Shown here: piece after piece, positions 10,501-22,185 of the stretch
How the letters are laid out: the number at the start of each line of letters is the position of its first letter
Position numbering within the stretch: the first letter of the stretch is position 1
From: an uncultured Chloroflexia bacterium
Lineage (GTDB): Bacteria; Chloroflexota; Dehalococcoidia; DSTF01; JALHUB01
Length of the DNA stretch: 64,000 nt
NCBI GenBank assembly: GCA_963726245.1
Contig: CAVSBT010000015.1
Location: 96,001 to 160,000 of the forward strand
Direction of reading: 5' to 3'
Notes under the pieces: generated by a model
Told to the model about the DNA's origin: nothing
The model's input: only the letters and a program-made list of their open reading frames with translations
Databases searched by the model: none
Position numbers and translations under genes: made by a program

Positions 10501-11457
10501 TCAGGACGCCGCGCCCCCTTGGAGGCGCACCCGCGGGTCGATGAAGGTGTAGGCGATGTCGATGACGATGTTGCCCAGGATGAAGGCCGTCGCCAGCACC
10601 AGGGTCAATGCCAGGATCACGTCGTAGTCGCGGCTGGTCACGGAGGCGAACGCCTCCGCCCCGATGCCCGGTATGCCCAGGAGCAACCTCCGCGAAGAAG
10701 GCCCCCTCCAGGAGCGTGACCAGGGAGAGGCCGATGACGGTGGTCATGGGCAGCAGGGCATTGCGGGCCACGTGCCGGCTGATCGACCGTGAACTCCGGC
10801 AGGCCCTTGGCCCGCGCCGTGCGCACGTAGTCCTCCTTCAGGACGTCGAGGGTAGTGGCCCGCATCAGGCGCGCCACGCCGGCGATGCCCGGGCAAGGAG
10901 AGGGCCAGCACCGGCATGACAATATGTTTGTCGAAGCCGCCTCCCCAGCCGGTGGCGGGAAACCAGTGCAGCTTGAGGGTGAACACGAGCAGCATGACCG
11001 GCACGGTAATCAGCACCGGCACGGACCGGAAGAAGAGAAGGGTGCCGATTGCGGCCGGGTCCATCCAGCGTGCCTTGCCGAGGGCAGCCAGGATCCCAAT
11101 CGGTATCCCCAGGCCGAAGATGATGATCAGGGCCACGAGTCCCAACCGGGCGGAGACCCACATCTTGGGGAAGATGATCTCGGAGACGGGGCGACCACCG
11201 AAGCGATAGCTCTCGCCCAGGTCCCCGTGCAGGACGTTCCAGACGTAGATCCGGTACTGGTCGAGGAGGGGCTTGTCCAGCCCCTTCTCGTGGCGGACGC
11301 GGGCCAGCACGTCAGGATCGCGATACTGGCCCATGGCCACGCTGATCGGGTCGCCGGGACCGAAGCGGGCAATCGTGAAGGCGATAAAGGAGACCGCGAG
11401 AAGGATGAGCGGCACCCAGAGGAGGCGCCGCAGGACGTAGGGCAGTATTCCTTGCAT
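10501..11457 (-). CDS. Oligopeptide/dipeptide ABC permease (OppB-like), frameshifted
   Basis: YVLRRLLW, GDLGESY, EDYVRTARAKGL, RNALLP and DPRVR over several frames. Confidence 0.85.
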
Positions 11458-11489
11458 GAACGCCCCGCCGCCCGAAGGCTGGCCCCTGG

Positions 11490-13184
11490 CTAATTCTCGA
11501 GTGTGACGTAGCGCAGGTTCGGGATCATCATGGGCGAAAACTCAAAGCCTTTGACGTAGGGCTTCACCACGGCATGGTCCCTACCGTTGTAGAGCGGCAC
11601 CCAAACGGCGTCGTCGATGACGATCTTCTCTGCCTGCTGGTAGAGGGACAGCCGCCGGTTCACATCCTGTTCGGTCCGCGCCTGCTGCAGCAGGGCATCC
11701 AGCGCCGGGTTGCTGTAACGGCCCTGGTTCAGCCGGCTCTGGCTGTAGAAGTGAACGTCAAGGACGTCCTCGGGGTCAGGGTAGTCCATGATCCAGCCCG
11801 TCTCCCACATTTGAAGGCGGCCCGCGTCAACGTCCTCGAAGAAAGTGGCCGCCTCGGTCTGCTCGATCTGGACGTCAACCCCCAGGTTCTGCTTCCACAT
11901 CTCCACCATCGCCTGGGTGTCATCGCCAACGTTGGCGCCGCCCCCCACGAGGGTGATGGTCACGGTGGGCAGACTGCTGGCGCCGCCGTACTTTGACTCG
12001 CTCAGAAGTTGCTTGGCGAGGTCCGGGTCGAACGAGAGGCCTTTGCTATCAGGGTTATAGCCGGGCAGGCCGGGCATCATAATACCCTGGGCGACGGGCA
12101 GCGTATCCTTCAGGACCACGTGAGCGATCTTGTCGCGGTCTATGGCATGGGCGAAGGCCTGGCGCACCTTGGGGTCATCGAACGGCGCCACGTTGGTGTT
12201 GAAGCCAATATAGGAGATGGACATGTTGTCACTACTCATGTACTCCGGGTTCAGGTTCGAGGTGGGATCCTGCACGCGGTCGATGTCGGCGATTCCTACG
12301 CCGGCGACGTCTATCTCATTGTTCTCATACATAGTGAGCACATTGCCCCCGGCCAGCAGGAAGGTCACTGTCTTCACCGAAGGCTTTCCCAAGTGGTAGC
12401 GGTCATTGGCCTCCAGGGTGATCTTTTCGCCCAGGCTCCACTCCTGCATCTTGTAGGGGCCGGTGCCGTTGGGCTTGCGCGACCAGTTGCGGGCGTTGGA
12501 CTCGATCTGCTGCCGGTCGACAACGAAGGCCGTGGGGTAGGTGAGCTTGGCCAGGAAGTAGGGCTTGGGGGCGTCGATGGTCAGCTTCAGGGTGGTGTCA
12601 TCTACCGCCTGGATGCCCTTGACCTCGGTGGCCCGACCACGGACCATGTCCCTTGCTCCAACGATGTCTCCCAGGTAGGACTCGGCTACCGTCGAAGCGG
12701 TGTGCGGGTCGAGGGCGCGCTCCATCGAGTACTTGAAGTCGGCCGCTGTGACCACGCGGTCGGTGTTGTGGAAGACGACGTCGTTGCGCAGGTGGAAGGT
12801 ATATGTGACCGTGCCGTCCGGGTTGTTCACGATGCCGCCGTTCTCTCGAGTCGGCAGCTCCGTCGCGATGTCGGGGATGATGTTGAGCTTCGGGTCAATG
12901 GTGACCAGGCCGCCGAAGATCTCGACGACGTATCTGGCCGAGACGGAATCGCTGACCAGGGCAGGGTCAAGAGTGATGGGGTCGCTGCCGGGCAGCCGGA
13001 GCTCGCCGGAGACTCCGCCGGATTGCTGGCCCCCGCCCTGCGCCGTGGCCGCCGGCGTGGATTTGGTCTGCTGGTTCCCATCTCCCCCACCGCCTCCACG
13101 AACGATGACAATCGCTGAGATGGCACCGATGGCCAGGACCAGCACCACCACCACCGCAAGAACGGAGCCGATCAGCCGGTTCAT
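11490..13184 (-). CDS. Peptide ABC transporter substrate-binding protein (family 5)
   Basis: N-terminal TM anchor, TLDP, YTFHLR, GTGPY, PFDDPKVRQAF and GWIMDYPDP. Confidence 0.92.
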   Translation of the reverse strand: MNRLIGSVLAVVVVLVLAIGAISAIVIVRGGGGGDGNQQTKSTPAATAQGGGQQSGGVSGELRLPGSDPITLDPALVSDSVSARYVVEIFGGLVTIDPKLNIIPDIATELPTRENGGIVNNPDGTVTYTFHLRNDVVFHNTDRVVTAADFKYSMERALDPHTASTVAESYLGDIVGARDMVRGRATEVKGIQAVDDTTLKLTIDAPKPYFLAKLTYPTAFVVDRQQIESNARNWSRKPNGTGPYKMQEWSLGEKITLEANDRYHLGKPSVKTVTFLLAGGNVLTMYENNEIDVAGVGIADIDRVQDPTSNLNPEYMSSDNMSISYIGFNTNVAPFDDPKVRQAFAHAIDRDKIAHVVLKDTLPVAQGIMMPGLPGYNPDSKGLSFDPDLAKQLLSESKYGGASSLPTVTITLVGGGANVGDDTQAMVEMWKQNLGVDVQIEQTEAATFFEDVDAGRLQMWETGWIMDYPDPEDVLDVHFYSQSRLNQGRYSNPALDALLQQARTEQDVNRRLSLYQQAEKIVIDDAVWVPLYNGRDHAVVKPYVKGFEFSPMMIPNLRYVTLEN

Positions 13185-13301
13185 GCTCCTGCCGCCTCCT
13201 CCCCTTCTATGAACTGAATCTCTCGTTGCTCATCGTTATCCTCGACCTCGGGGCTGATAAGGATAATAGCAGAGGGGCAGGCGAGCCTCAACGAGCCGGC
13301 C

Positions 13302-15116
13302 CTACTGGGGTTCCGTCCCGGCCAGCCCCGGCTTCAGGGCGAGGCCCAACTCGTCGAGCGCTTCCTTCTTCACCGGGGAGGGAGCGCCGGTCATGGGATC
13401 GGAGGCGGTCTTGGTCTTGGGGAAGGGGATGACCTCTCGAATGTCGTCCATCCCCACGAGCAGGGCCACGTTGCGCTCCAGGCCGGCGGCGATGCCACCG
13501 TGCGGAGGCGCCCCATACTCGAAAGCCTCCAGCATGTGGCCGAAACGCGCCTGCGCCTCCTCCGGCGCGATGCCCAGCATGGCGAACATCCGCTGCTGAA
13601 CGTCACGCTGGTGGATTCGGACGCTGCCGCCGGCCATCTCCCAGCCGTTGCAGACAAGGTCGTAGGCCTGGGCACGCACGCGCCCCGGGTCCGACTCCAG
13701 GAGTGGCAGGTCCTCCACCCTGGGCGAAGTGAAGGGGTGATGGACGGCGTACCAGCGGTTGTCCTCCTCGTTCCACTCCAGGAGGGGGAAGTCGGTGACG
13801 CGGCACCAGGCCAGCAGGTTCGGGTCGGCCAGGTTGAGGCGGCGAGCCACCTCTCGACGGAGGGCATCGAGGGCGGCGCTGGCCACCGACTCCTGGTCGG
13901 CCACCATCAGGATGAGGTCGCCGCGCCGAGCGCCGGTGCGCTGGGCCATGCCTTTCACCACTTCAGCGCTGAGGAAGCGGGCCACGGGTGAGCGGACCTC
14001 CTCATCGGTCAGCGTCTCCAGGGAGCCCTGCCCCAGCAGGCCGGCGGAGATGAGGCCGCGGCCGCCGGCGCTCTGGACGAAGGTCGTGAGGTCGTCGATC
14101 TGTTTGCGGGACAGGGCCTCGACGCCGCCGGGCACGGCGAAGCCCCGCACCTGGCCACCGGCCTCTATCGCCTGCCGGAAGACGGCGAATTCCGAGCCGG
14201 CCACCAGCTCCGTCAGGTCCGCCAGCTCCATGCCGTAGCGCATGTCCGGCTTGTCGGTCCCGAAGCGGCGCATCGCCTCGTCGTAGGTCAGGCGGGCGAA
14301 AGGCACGGTCGCCTTCACGTCCGGCCGGATCGTCTTGCAGAGGGCCGTGTACAGCTCCTCCATGAGGTCGAGGACGTCTCCGGCGGTGACGAAGCTCATC
14401 TCCAGATCGAGCTGCGTGAACTCCGGCTGGCGGTCGGCGCGCACGTCCTCGTCGCGGAAGCAGCGGGCGATCTGGAAGTAGCGCTCGTAGCCGGCGACCA
14501 TCAGCAACTGCTTGAACTGCTGCGGCGACTGGGGCAGGGCATAGAAGGAGCCTTTGCTCGGGCGGCTCGGCACCAGGTAGTCGCGGGCGCCCTCCGGCGT
14601 GGGGTTGGCCAGGATAGGCGTCTCAATCTCGATGAACCCCTTCGCGTGCAGGAAGTCGCGCATGAACTTGATGACCTGGTAGCGCGTCCAGAGGTGGTGC
14701 TGCATGCGCGGCCGCCGCAAGTCCAGGTAGCGGTAGCGGAGGCGCAGGAGGTCCTCTACCTCGCTCTCCTCGCTGATGTAGAAGGGCGGCGTCTTGGAGG
14801 GATTGAGAATGACGGCCTCGTTCGCCTGCACCTCGACCTCGCCCGTGGGCAGGGAGTGGTTCTCCGTGCCCGGCCGCCGGGCGCTGACGCTCCCCTTTAC
14901 CTGGATCACGTACTCGGGGCGGACCTCGCTGGCGATGCCGTGGGCCTCGAGCGCCTGAGCCGGGTTGAACACGACCTGGACCAGGCCGCGGCTATCGCGC
15001 AGGTCGATGAAGATGAGGTTGCCGTGGTCGCGACGGCGGTTGACCCAGCCGGCCAGCTCAACCTCCTGGCCGACATGCTCTTTTCGCAGCTCGCCGCAGA
15101 AGTGGGATTTCAGCAC
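13302..15116 (-). CDS. aspS: Aspartate-tRNA ligase (RDHG suggests the non-discriminating Asp/Asn type)
   Basis: [45 protein letters not shown] and GAPPHGG. Confidence 0.97.
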   Translation of the reverse strand: MLKSHFCGELRKEHVGQEVELAGWVNRRRDHGNLIFIDLRDSRGLVQVVFNPAQALEAHGIASEVRPEYVIQVKGSVSARRPGTENHSLPTGEVEVQANEAVILNPSKTPPFYISEESEVEDLLRLRYRYLDLRRPRMQHHLWTRYQVIKFMRDFLHAKGFIEIETPILANPTPEGARDYLVPSRPSKGSFYALPQSPQQFKQLLMVAGYERYFQIARCFRDEDVRADRQPEFTQLDLEMSFVTAGDVLDLMEELYTALCKTIRPDVKATVPFARLTYDEAMRRFGTDKPDMRYGMELADLTELVAGSEFAVFRQAIEAGGQVRGFAVPGGVEALSRKQIDDLTTFVQSAGGRGLISAGLLGQGSLETLTDEEVRSPVARFLSAEVVKGMAQRTGARRGDLILMVADQESVASAALDALRREVARRLNLADPNLLAWCRVTDFPLLEWNEEDNRWYAVHHPFTSPRVEDLPLLESDPGRVRAQAYDLVCNGWEMAGGSVRIHQRDVQQRMFAMLGIAPEEAQARFGHMLEAFEYGAPPHGGIAAGLERNVALLVGMDDIREVIPFPKTKTASDPMTGAPSPVKKEALDELGLALKPGLAGTEPQ

Positions 15117-15216
15117 GGAGAAACCTCCAGAAGCGACGTTACCACGGGGGAATCCACGGCGCGGGAGCGACTCCCGCGTGGGTCCGCGGAGAGTGTCGCA
15201 CGGCGCCGAGGCCCGG

Positions 15217-15459
15217 TCAACGAGAGCCCGTTCCCTCCGACACTCCGAGCACCGGGAAGCCCAGGTAGTCGAGCCGCGAGGTCACCTCTTCCTCGGAAGT
15301 GTGCTCGAGGTCCAAGCGGACCTCCACCTGGCGGGTCTTACGGTCGGCTTTGACGGAGCGAACTCCGGTCAACTGCAAGAGCGCGGCCTTTATGCGGTCC
15401 TGGCAGGCCTCGCAATGAATGTCCTTTAGCCTGAAGATTCGCAGCGCAAGCTGGGGCAT
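15217..15459 (-). CDS. Heavy-metal-associated (CopZ-like) chaperone
   Basis: 80 aa with DIHCEAC metal-binding motif and C-terminal LGF; ATG 15459 after GGGAG. Confidence 0.8.
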   Translation of the reverse strand: MPQLALRIFRLKDIHCEACQDRIKAALLQLTGVRSVKADRKTRQVEVRLDLEHTSEEEVTSRLDYLGFPVLGVSEGTGSR

Positions 15460-15543
15460 GGCTCTCCCTGTTAGGACAGCTTGCCACGGCCGGGAACGGA
15501 GGGCAAGCCCACCCGCGGCCGCCGGCAGCGCGGGGCTCAATGC

Positions 15544-15605
15544 CTGCGGGTTGAAACCCGCAGCTTCACGCGTGAAGGTCACAAGCTGGGGGATTCATCC
15601 CGCAG
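15544..15605. repeat. REPIN/PATE-like doublet of inverted palindromes
   Basis: CTGCGGGTTGAAACCCGCAGCTT (15544-15566) and AAGCTGGGGGATTCATCCCGCAG (15583-15605) are inverted copies (20/23); each is itself a hairpin. Confidence 0.65.
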
Positions 15606-15656
15606 AAAGAGAGTCTCGTTGTCCGGCCGGCGCGAGCGATGCTACGATGGTCATCG

Positions 15657-16903
15657 ATGGAGCGCGAACGCCGCCTCAGCCTGTATGTCCACATCCCGTT
15701 CTGCGCCGCCAAGTGCGGCTACTGCGATTTCAACTCCTACGCCGGCCAGGAGTCCCTGATCCCCGCCTACACTGACGCCCTGCTGCGCGAGGCGGAGATG
15801 TGGTCGGCGGCCTACCGAGACTGGCGGGCCGAGACGCTCTTCTTCGGGGGCGGCACGCCCAGCCTCATGCCCCTGCCGGAGATGGAACGCATCCTGGATG
15901 GCCTGCGGCGGCAGCTTCGGGCTCACCCCCGAAGCCGAGGTATCGCTGGAGGCCAACCCCGGCACGGTGGACGAGCCGTACCTCTCGCGGCTGCGAGAGC
16001 TGGGCGTGAACCGGCTCAGCCTGGGTGTGCAGAGCTTCCGCGACGATGAGCTGGCCTTCCTGGGACGCATCCACTCGGCCGAAGAGGCCCGGTCGGCCTA
16101 TCGCGCGGCCCGCAGCGCCGGCTTCGACAACGTGAGCCTGGACCTCATCTTCGGACTGCCCGGCCAGACGGCGGACCGCTGGCTGGGGAGCCTGGAGGAG
16201 GCGATAGGCCTGGGGCCGGAGCACCTGTCCCTCTATCCCCTGACGGTGGAGGAAGGGACGCCCCTGGCCCACGAGGTGGCCCGCGGCCGCACGCCGGCGC
16301 CCGATCCCGACCTGCCAGGCGGAGCTGTACGAGCGCGCTACCGAGCGCCTGGCATCCGCCGGCTACGAGCAGTACGAGATCTCCAACTGGTCCCGCCCGG
16401 ACTACCGCTGCCGCCACAACCTGACCTACTGGCGCAACGGCTGGTGGCTGGGACTGGGGGCCGGCGCCCACTCGCACCTGCCTGGGAACTGGGAACCGGC
16501 AATCGGGAACCAGGAACCAGGGATTGGGGACCGGTGTTGCAGATTTGCCGCGGAGGCCTTACCCAGGCGATACGTTGAGCTGGTGAACGAGACGTGGGAG
16601 CAGTGGTCGCAAGGGGGCGCCTTAACAATTGACGACATGCGGCAGGTAACGTTCCGAGAGGAGGCCGGCCTGTCGCGGGAGCTCTCGGACACGCTGGTGC
16701 TGGGGCTGCGCCTGTGCGATGGGGTGAGCGTGGAGGAGATCCGGCGCCGCTTCGGGCAGGCTGCCCTGGAGAGCCACGCCGCCGCTTGCGAGGAGGCGAT
16801 CTCCCTGGGGCTACTGGAGCCTGTCGATGGCCGCCTGCGCCTGACCCCTCGCGGCCGCCTGCTGGCCAACGAGGTCTTCGTCCGCCTGCTGCCCCCGACC
16901 TAG
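15657..16903 (+). CDS. hemW: Radical SAM heme chaperone HemW (HemN-like), frameshifted near 15910 and 16315
   Basis: LYVHIPFCAAKCGYCDFNS, FFGGGTPS, EANPG, SLGVQSF, YEISN, HNLTYW and LTPRGRLLANEVF. Confidence 0.9.
16482..16530 (+). repeat. Tandem degenerate heptamer repeat (CCAGGAA-like, x7) inside hemW
   Basis: ctgggaa ctgggaa ccggcaa tcgggaa ccaggaa ccaggga ttgggga. Confidence 0.75.
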
Positions 16904-17943
16904 ACCTTGTCCAAGCCGTGCGTCTTGCCTATCACCGTCAGCAGGTCGTCGATACCGACCGGCGGCGGAGAGTCGCGCCTGCCCAGGGGGTCGGGTGTCG
17001 GTTGCTCGTCCAGCAGCACCTCCAGTGAGTTGCCGATGGACCAGGCGAGGGCGGTGAAGTCGTAGCCCCCCTCCAGCGTCAGCACCAGTCGTCCGCCGCA
17101 CAGCTCGCGGGCCAGGTCTCGCAGGCCGGCCACCTGCTCGGCAAAGCCGGCGCAGCTGAGCGCCATGCCGGCCAGGGGATCGGCGAAGTGGCCGTCGTAC
17201 CCGGCCGAGGCCAGCACCATCTGAGGCTCGAAGCGCCTCAGGGCCGGCGTCAGGAGGTCTTTCCAGATGCGGGCGAAGATGGGGTCGCCGGTGCCGGCGG
17301 GCAGGGGCACGTTGATGGTGGTCCCCAGGCCCGCTCCCTGGCCCATCTCGCGCCAGTGGCCGGTGCCGGGGTAGAACGGGTACTCGTGCGTCGAGAAGTA
17401 GAGGACGTCAGGGTCGGCGTAGAAGGCTGCCTGAGTGCCGTTGCCGTGGTGGACGTCGAAGTCGACGACGGCGACATGGCGGAGGCCGTGGTGCCGCCGC
17501 GCGTGCTCGACCGCGACGGCGATGTTGTTGAAGAGGCAGAAGCCCATGGCCCGCGAAGGCATCGCATGGTGGCCGGGCGGCCTCACCAGGCAGAAGGCCG
17601 ACTCCACCTCGCCGGCCAGGACGGCATCGACGGCAGCCAGACCGCCGCCGGCGGCGCGCAGGGCGGCGTCGTAGGACCGAGGCGAGACGAAGGTATCGGC
17701 GTCCAGCCAGACGCCGCCGCGCCCGGCGGCCCACCGCACCGAATCTATGTAATCGCTCTCGTGGATGTAGGCCAGCTCGTCAACGGTGGCGTCGCGGGCG
17801 GCCACGGGGCGCAGCCGGGCCATCAGACCGCTCTCCTCGAGGTGGCCGGTGACGGCCTGGAGGCGGATAGCGTTCTCCGGGTGGTGTCCGGTATCGTGCT
17901 CCAGGTAGAGGGGGTCGTAGACCAGGCCTACCGCTGCCAACAC
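16900..17943 (-). CDS. Histone deacetylase family (class II-like) protein
   Basis: HPENAIRL, RPPGHHA, GFCLFNN, DFDVHHGNGTQ, SAGYD and LEGGY. Confidence 0.95.
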   Translation of the reverse strand: MLAAVGLVYDPLYLEHDTGHHPENAIRLQAVTGHLEESGLMARLRPVAARDATVDELAYIHESDYIDSVRWAAGRGGVWLDADTFVSPRSYDAALRAAGGGLAAVDAVLAGEVESAFCLVRPPGHHAMPSRAMGFCLFNNIAVAVEHARRHHGLRHVAVVDFDVHHGNGTQAAFYADPDVLYFSTHEYPFYPGTGHWREMGQGAGLGTTINVPLPAGTGDPIFARIWKDLLTPALRRFEPQMVLASAGYDGHFADPLAGMALSCAGFAEQVAGLRDLARELCGGRLVLTLEGGYDFTALAWSIGNSLEVLLDEQPTPDPLGRRDSPPPVGIDDLLTVIGKTHGLDKV

Positions 17944-17996
17944 GCCTCCTGAGCGTTAGGGATCAACTCATTATAATGGACGCCGACGGAGTCGCC

Positions 17997-18437
17997 ATGC
18001 CCCTCTACTTTGCCTACGCCTCCAACATGGAGCCGCGACGCTTCCGGCGCCTCTGCTCGCGCAGTAGCGTCGTCGGGCCGGCGCGCCTGCCCGGCCGCCG
18101 ACTCGCCTTCTCCCGTTACTCCCGCCAGCGCCGCGGCGGCTCGGCCAACGTCCTGCCCGACGACGGGGCCGAGGTGTGGGGCGTCCTGTACGAGGTGAGC
18201 GACGCCGATCTGGACACCATCGACCGCAGCGAAGACGTGCCGGCGGCCTACCGTCGGGAGGCGGTGGTCGTTGAGGACGCGGAGGGCCACGAGCGTCAGG
18301 CCGTCACCTACGTCGCCAACCGGACGGGCGACTTCCTGCCGCACCCGGACTATCTGCGGCTCATCGTGGAGGGCGCAGAGGCCCGCGGCCTGCCGTCGCA
18401 CTACGTGGCCGCCCTCCGCCAGATTCGCACCTTGTAG
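17997..18437 (+). CDS. Gamma-glutamylcyclotransferase (AIG2/GGCT) family protein
   Basis: [18 protein letters not shown] and PHPDYL...YVAAL. Confidence 0.85.
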   Translation: MPLYFAYASNMEPRRFRRLCSRSSVVGPARLPGRRLAFSRYSRQRRGGSANVLPDDGAEVWGVLYEVSDADLDTIDRSEDVPAAYRREAVVVEDAEGHERQAVTYVANRTGDFLPHPDYLRLIVEGAEARGLPSHYVAALRQIRTL

Positions 18438-18441
18438 CGCC

Positions 18442-20347
18442 ATGTACGTCATCGGCACCGCCGGCCACGTCGACCACGGGAAGTCGGCCCTCATCCGGGC
18501 CCTGACCGGCATCGACCCCGACCGCCTCCAGGAGGAGAAGGAGCGGGGCCTCACCATCGACCTGGGCTTCGCCTGGCTGACGCTGCCCTCGGGCCGTGAG
18601 GTCAGCATCGTCGACGTGCCGGGCCACGAGCGCTTCGTGCGCAACATGCTGGCCGGCGCCGGCGGCATGGACCTCGCCCTGTTGGTGGTCGCCGCCGATG
18701 AGGGGGTCATGCCCCAGACCCGCGAGCACCTGGCCATCCTCGATCTCCTCCAGGTGCGCAGCGGCGTCCTGGTGCTCACCAAGAAGGACCTGGCCGACCC
18801 CGACTGGCTGGAGATGGTGGCCGTCGACATCCAGGAGACGGTCAAGGGCACCACCCTCGAGGGCTCGCCGCTGGTGGCCTGCTCCGCCGTCAGCGGCGAG
18901 GGCCTGGACGACCTCCTGGCGGCCATCGAGGAGCGCTTGCAGTCGACCCCCGCCCGCCGCGACATCGGCCGCCCGCGCCTGCCCATCGACCGCGCCTTCA
19001 CCATCGCGGGCTTCGGCACCGTGGCCACCGGCACCCTCATCGACGGCCCGCTGCGCGTGGGCCAGGAGGTGGAGGTGGTGCCGGCCCGTCCGACAGGCGC
19101 ACCCGACGCGCTGCGCTCCCGCGTCCGGGGGCTCCAGACCCATCGCAAGAAGCTGGAGGAGGCCCGGCCCGGCAGCCGCACGGCCGTCAACCTCGCCGGC
19201 CTCGGCCGCCGCCGACCTCTACCGCGGGCAGGTGGTGACCACGCCCGGCTGGCTGGCCCCCACCGCCGTGCTCGACGTTAAGCTGAGGGCCCTTCGCTCC
19301 ATACGACACGCCATTCGCCACAACCAGACCCTCTCTCTCCACACCGGCTCCGGCGAGACCAGGGCGCGGGTGCGGCTGCTCGACCGCGAGGAGGTGCCGC
19401 CCGGCGAGGAGGGCTGGGCGCAGCTCCGGCTGACGACGCTCGCGGCCGTGGTGAAGGGCGACCTCTTCGTCGTGCGCACCGCCAGCGAGACCGTCGGCGG
19501 CGGGCAGGTCGTGGACGCCCATCCGCCGCGGCACCGTCGCTTCCACGCCGCAACGGTGGAGGCGCTCTCGGTGGCGCAGGGCGGCTCGCCGGAGGAGGCG
19601 CTTCTCGGCCTGCTGGCCCGCGCCGAGCCCTGCGAGCTCTCGGCCCTGGTGCGCCGGACGGACCTGGGCGCCGACCAGGCGCGCGCCGCCGCCGAGGCCC
19701 TGGTCGCTGACGGCCGGGCCGTGGCTTTGGGACCCGGGCCGCTGACAGATACCACCGTCCTCTACAGCGCCTCCGGGTTCGCCGCCCTGGGCGAGCGAGC
19801 ACGCCACGCTATCGAGGCCTATTACCGCCAGCACCCTTTGCGGCGCGGCATGCCGCGCGAGGAGTTGAAGAGCCGCCTTCGCCTGTCGCCCCGCGTTTTC
19901 GACCTCGCGCTGGAGCGCTGGACCGCATCGGGCGAGCTTGAGGAGATGAGGTTGCTGACCGGGCAGGCGGGTACAGCAATAGGTTTGCCCGGCCACGAGG
20001 TGCGCCTGACTGCCGCCCAGGAATCGGAGATGAAGGCGCTCCTGGCGGCCCTGGAATCGAACCCCTACTCGCCGCCCACAGACCGGCGTCCATCGCCGGA
20101 GCTGGTCGTCTACCTGGAGGAGCGCGGGAAACTGGTGGACGTGGGCGACGGCGTCGTCTTCGGCGCCGTCGCCTACTGCGACATGGTGGAGCGCATCGTC
20201 GAACACCTGAAGCGGGAGGGCACCATCACCCTGGCGCAGGTGCGGGACATGTTCGGCACCAGCCGGAAGTACGCTCAGGCTCTGCTGGAGCACCTGGACC
20301 TCCGTCACGTCACCCGTCGCGTCGGGGACGAGCGGGTGCTGCGGTAG
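18442..20347 (+). CDS. selB: Selenocysteine-specific elongation factor SelB, frameshift near 19205
   Basis: [30 protein letters not shown] and C-terminal winged helix [15 protein letters not shown]...RRVGDER. Confidence 0.95.
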
Positions 20348-20354
20348 ACATGAG

Positions 20355-20384
20355 TTGAACGTGCCTGGAGGCATCTGCTAGAAT
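20355..20384 (+). promoter_or_regulatory. Putative promoter of the sdh operon
   Basis: TTGAAC-18 nt-TAGAAT with TG extended -10. Confidence 0.45.
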
Positions 20385-20508
20385 CTCAGGTGCCGTGCGG
20401 AGGCCGGCCGCCATTGGAGGACGGCCCGCCGGCATGCTCGGGCTCCGGCCCTGTCTCAACCTCATTGAGCTCCTTCGCCATTGTCTCTCTCAGAAGGGTT
20501 GGTGGGTG

Positions 20509-22185
20509 ATGTCCAGCCATGATGTCCTGGTGGTCGGGGCTGGCCTGGCAGGCATGAGGGCAGCCCTGGCGGCTTCCCGCCAGGGAGTCGACGTGGCGTT
20601 GCTGTCCAAGGTACAGCCGCTCCGCAGCCACTCGGCGGCGGCCCAGGGCGGCATCAACGCCGCCGTGGGTATGGACGACTCCTCGGAGAAGCACGCCTTC
20701 GACACCGTCAAGGGCAGCGACTACCTGGCGGACCAGGACGCGGTCGAGGTCTTGTGCAAGGAAGCGCCGGGCGACATCGTCGAGCTGGAGCGCATGGGCA
20801 CCACCTTCAGCCGCCGCGACGACGGTCGCCTCGCTACCCGCGCTTTCGGGGGCGCCGGCTTCCCCAGGACATGCTTCGTCGCCGACATAACCGGCCAGGC
20901 CATCCTGCACGTCGTCTGGGAGCAACTCCAGAAGGGGGGCGTCCACCCGTACGAGGAGTGGTTCTGCACCTCCCTCATCGTCGATGACGGCGTCTGCCGC
21001 GGCGTCGTGGCCATGGACATGATGACGGGCCGGTTCCAGCCCATCCTGGCCAAGGCCGTCGTCCTCGCCACCGGCGGCCTGGGGCGCATCTACCAGCCGA
21101 CCACGAACTCCATCATCAGCACCGGCGATGGCACCGCCATGGCCTACAGGGCCGGCGCGACCCTCGCCGACATGGAGATGGTCCAGTACCACCCGACGAC
21201 CCTCAAGGAGAGCGGCGTCCTCATCACCGAGGGCGCCCGCGGCGAGGGCGCCTACCTCCTCAACTCCCTCGGCGAGAGGTTCATGAGCAAGTACGCTCCG
21301 GAGAAGCTGGAGCTCGGCCCCCGCGACCTCATCTCCCGCTCCGAGCGGACCGAGATCGAGGAGGGTCGCGGCGTTGACGGCTGCGTCCTCCTGGACCTGC
21401 GCCACGTGGGCGAAGCCACCATCAAAGAGCGCTTGAGCCAGATCCGTGAGCTGGCCCACGACCTCGCCAACACCGACATCGTGCGCGAGCCGCTGCCGGT
21501 GCGGCCCGGCATGCACTACCACATGGGCGGCATCAAGACCGACATTGACGGCGCGACGACCATCCAAGGGCTGTTCGCCGCCGGCGAGTGCGCCTGCGTT
21601 AGCGTCCACGGCGCCAACCGCCTGGGCGGCAACTCGCTCCTGGAGACGGTGGTCTTCGGGCGAAGGGCCGGGCGCGCCGCCGTCGAGTACGCCCGCGATC
21701 ATTCATCGCCAGCCGACGTCTCGGAGGCCGTGGTGCAGAAGGATGTCGAGAGCATCCAGGAGCTGCTCGCCCGGCCGGAGAACGGCGACAGACCGGCCCA
21801 CATTCGCCGCGAGATGGGCGAGACCATGAACTCCAACGTCGGCGTCTTCCGCCGGGAGGAGGAGTTGAAGGCGGCTCTGGGCAAGGTCCGCGAGCTCAAG
21901 GATCGCTATCGCCGGGTGCCGGTCCAGAACAAAGGGAAGGTCTACAACACGGACCTGTTCCAGGCCCTGGAGCTGGGCTTCATGCTCGACCTGGCCGAGG
22001 CAATCGCGCTCGGCGCCGTGGAGCGCAAGGAGAGCCGCGGCGCCCACGCCCGGCGGGATTTCCCGGAGCGCGACGACGCGAACTTCCTCAAGCACACGCT
22101 GGCCCGCTACACGCCGGACGGGCCGCGGCTGGAGTATGCCCCCGTGACCATCACCCGCTGGCAGCCGGAGAGGAGGGCCTACTAG
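20509..22185 (+). CDS. sdhA: Succinate dehydrogenase/fumarate reductase flavoprotein subunit
   Basis: [47 protein letters not shown] and ESRGAH. Confidence 0.95.
   Translation: MSSHDVLVVGAGLAGMRAALAASRQGVDVALLSKVQPLRSHSAAAQGGINAAVGMDDSSEKHAFDTVKGSDYLADQDAVEVLCKEAPGDIVELERMGTTFSRRDDGRLATRAFGGAGFPRTCFVADITGQAILHVVWEQLQKGGVHPYEEWFCTSLIVDDGVCRGVVAMDMMTGRFQPILAKAVVLATGGLGRIYQPTTNSIISTGDGTAMAYRAGATLADMEMVQYHPTTLKESGVLITEGARGEGAYLLNSLGERFMSKYAPEKLELGPRDLISRSERTEIEEGRGVDGCVLLDLRHVGEATIKERLSQIRELAHDLANTDIVREPLPVRPGMHYHMGGIKTDIDGATTIQGLFAAGECACVSVHGANRLGGNSLLETVVFGRRAGRAAVEYARDHSSPADVSEAVVQKDVESIQELLARPENGDRPAHIRREMGETMNSNVGVFRREEELKAALGKVRELKDRYRRVPVQNKGKVYNTDLFQALELGFMLDLAEAIALGAVERKESRGAHARRDFPERDDANFLKHTLARYTPDGPRLEYAPVTITRWQPERRAY

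Noticed and set aside
15117-15220. T-box leader for aspS
   Set aside because: Leader is about 100 nt with one hairpin and no T-box consensus or specifier stem
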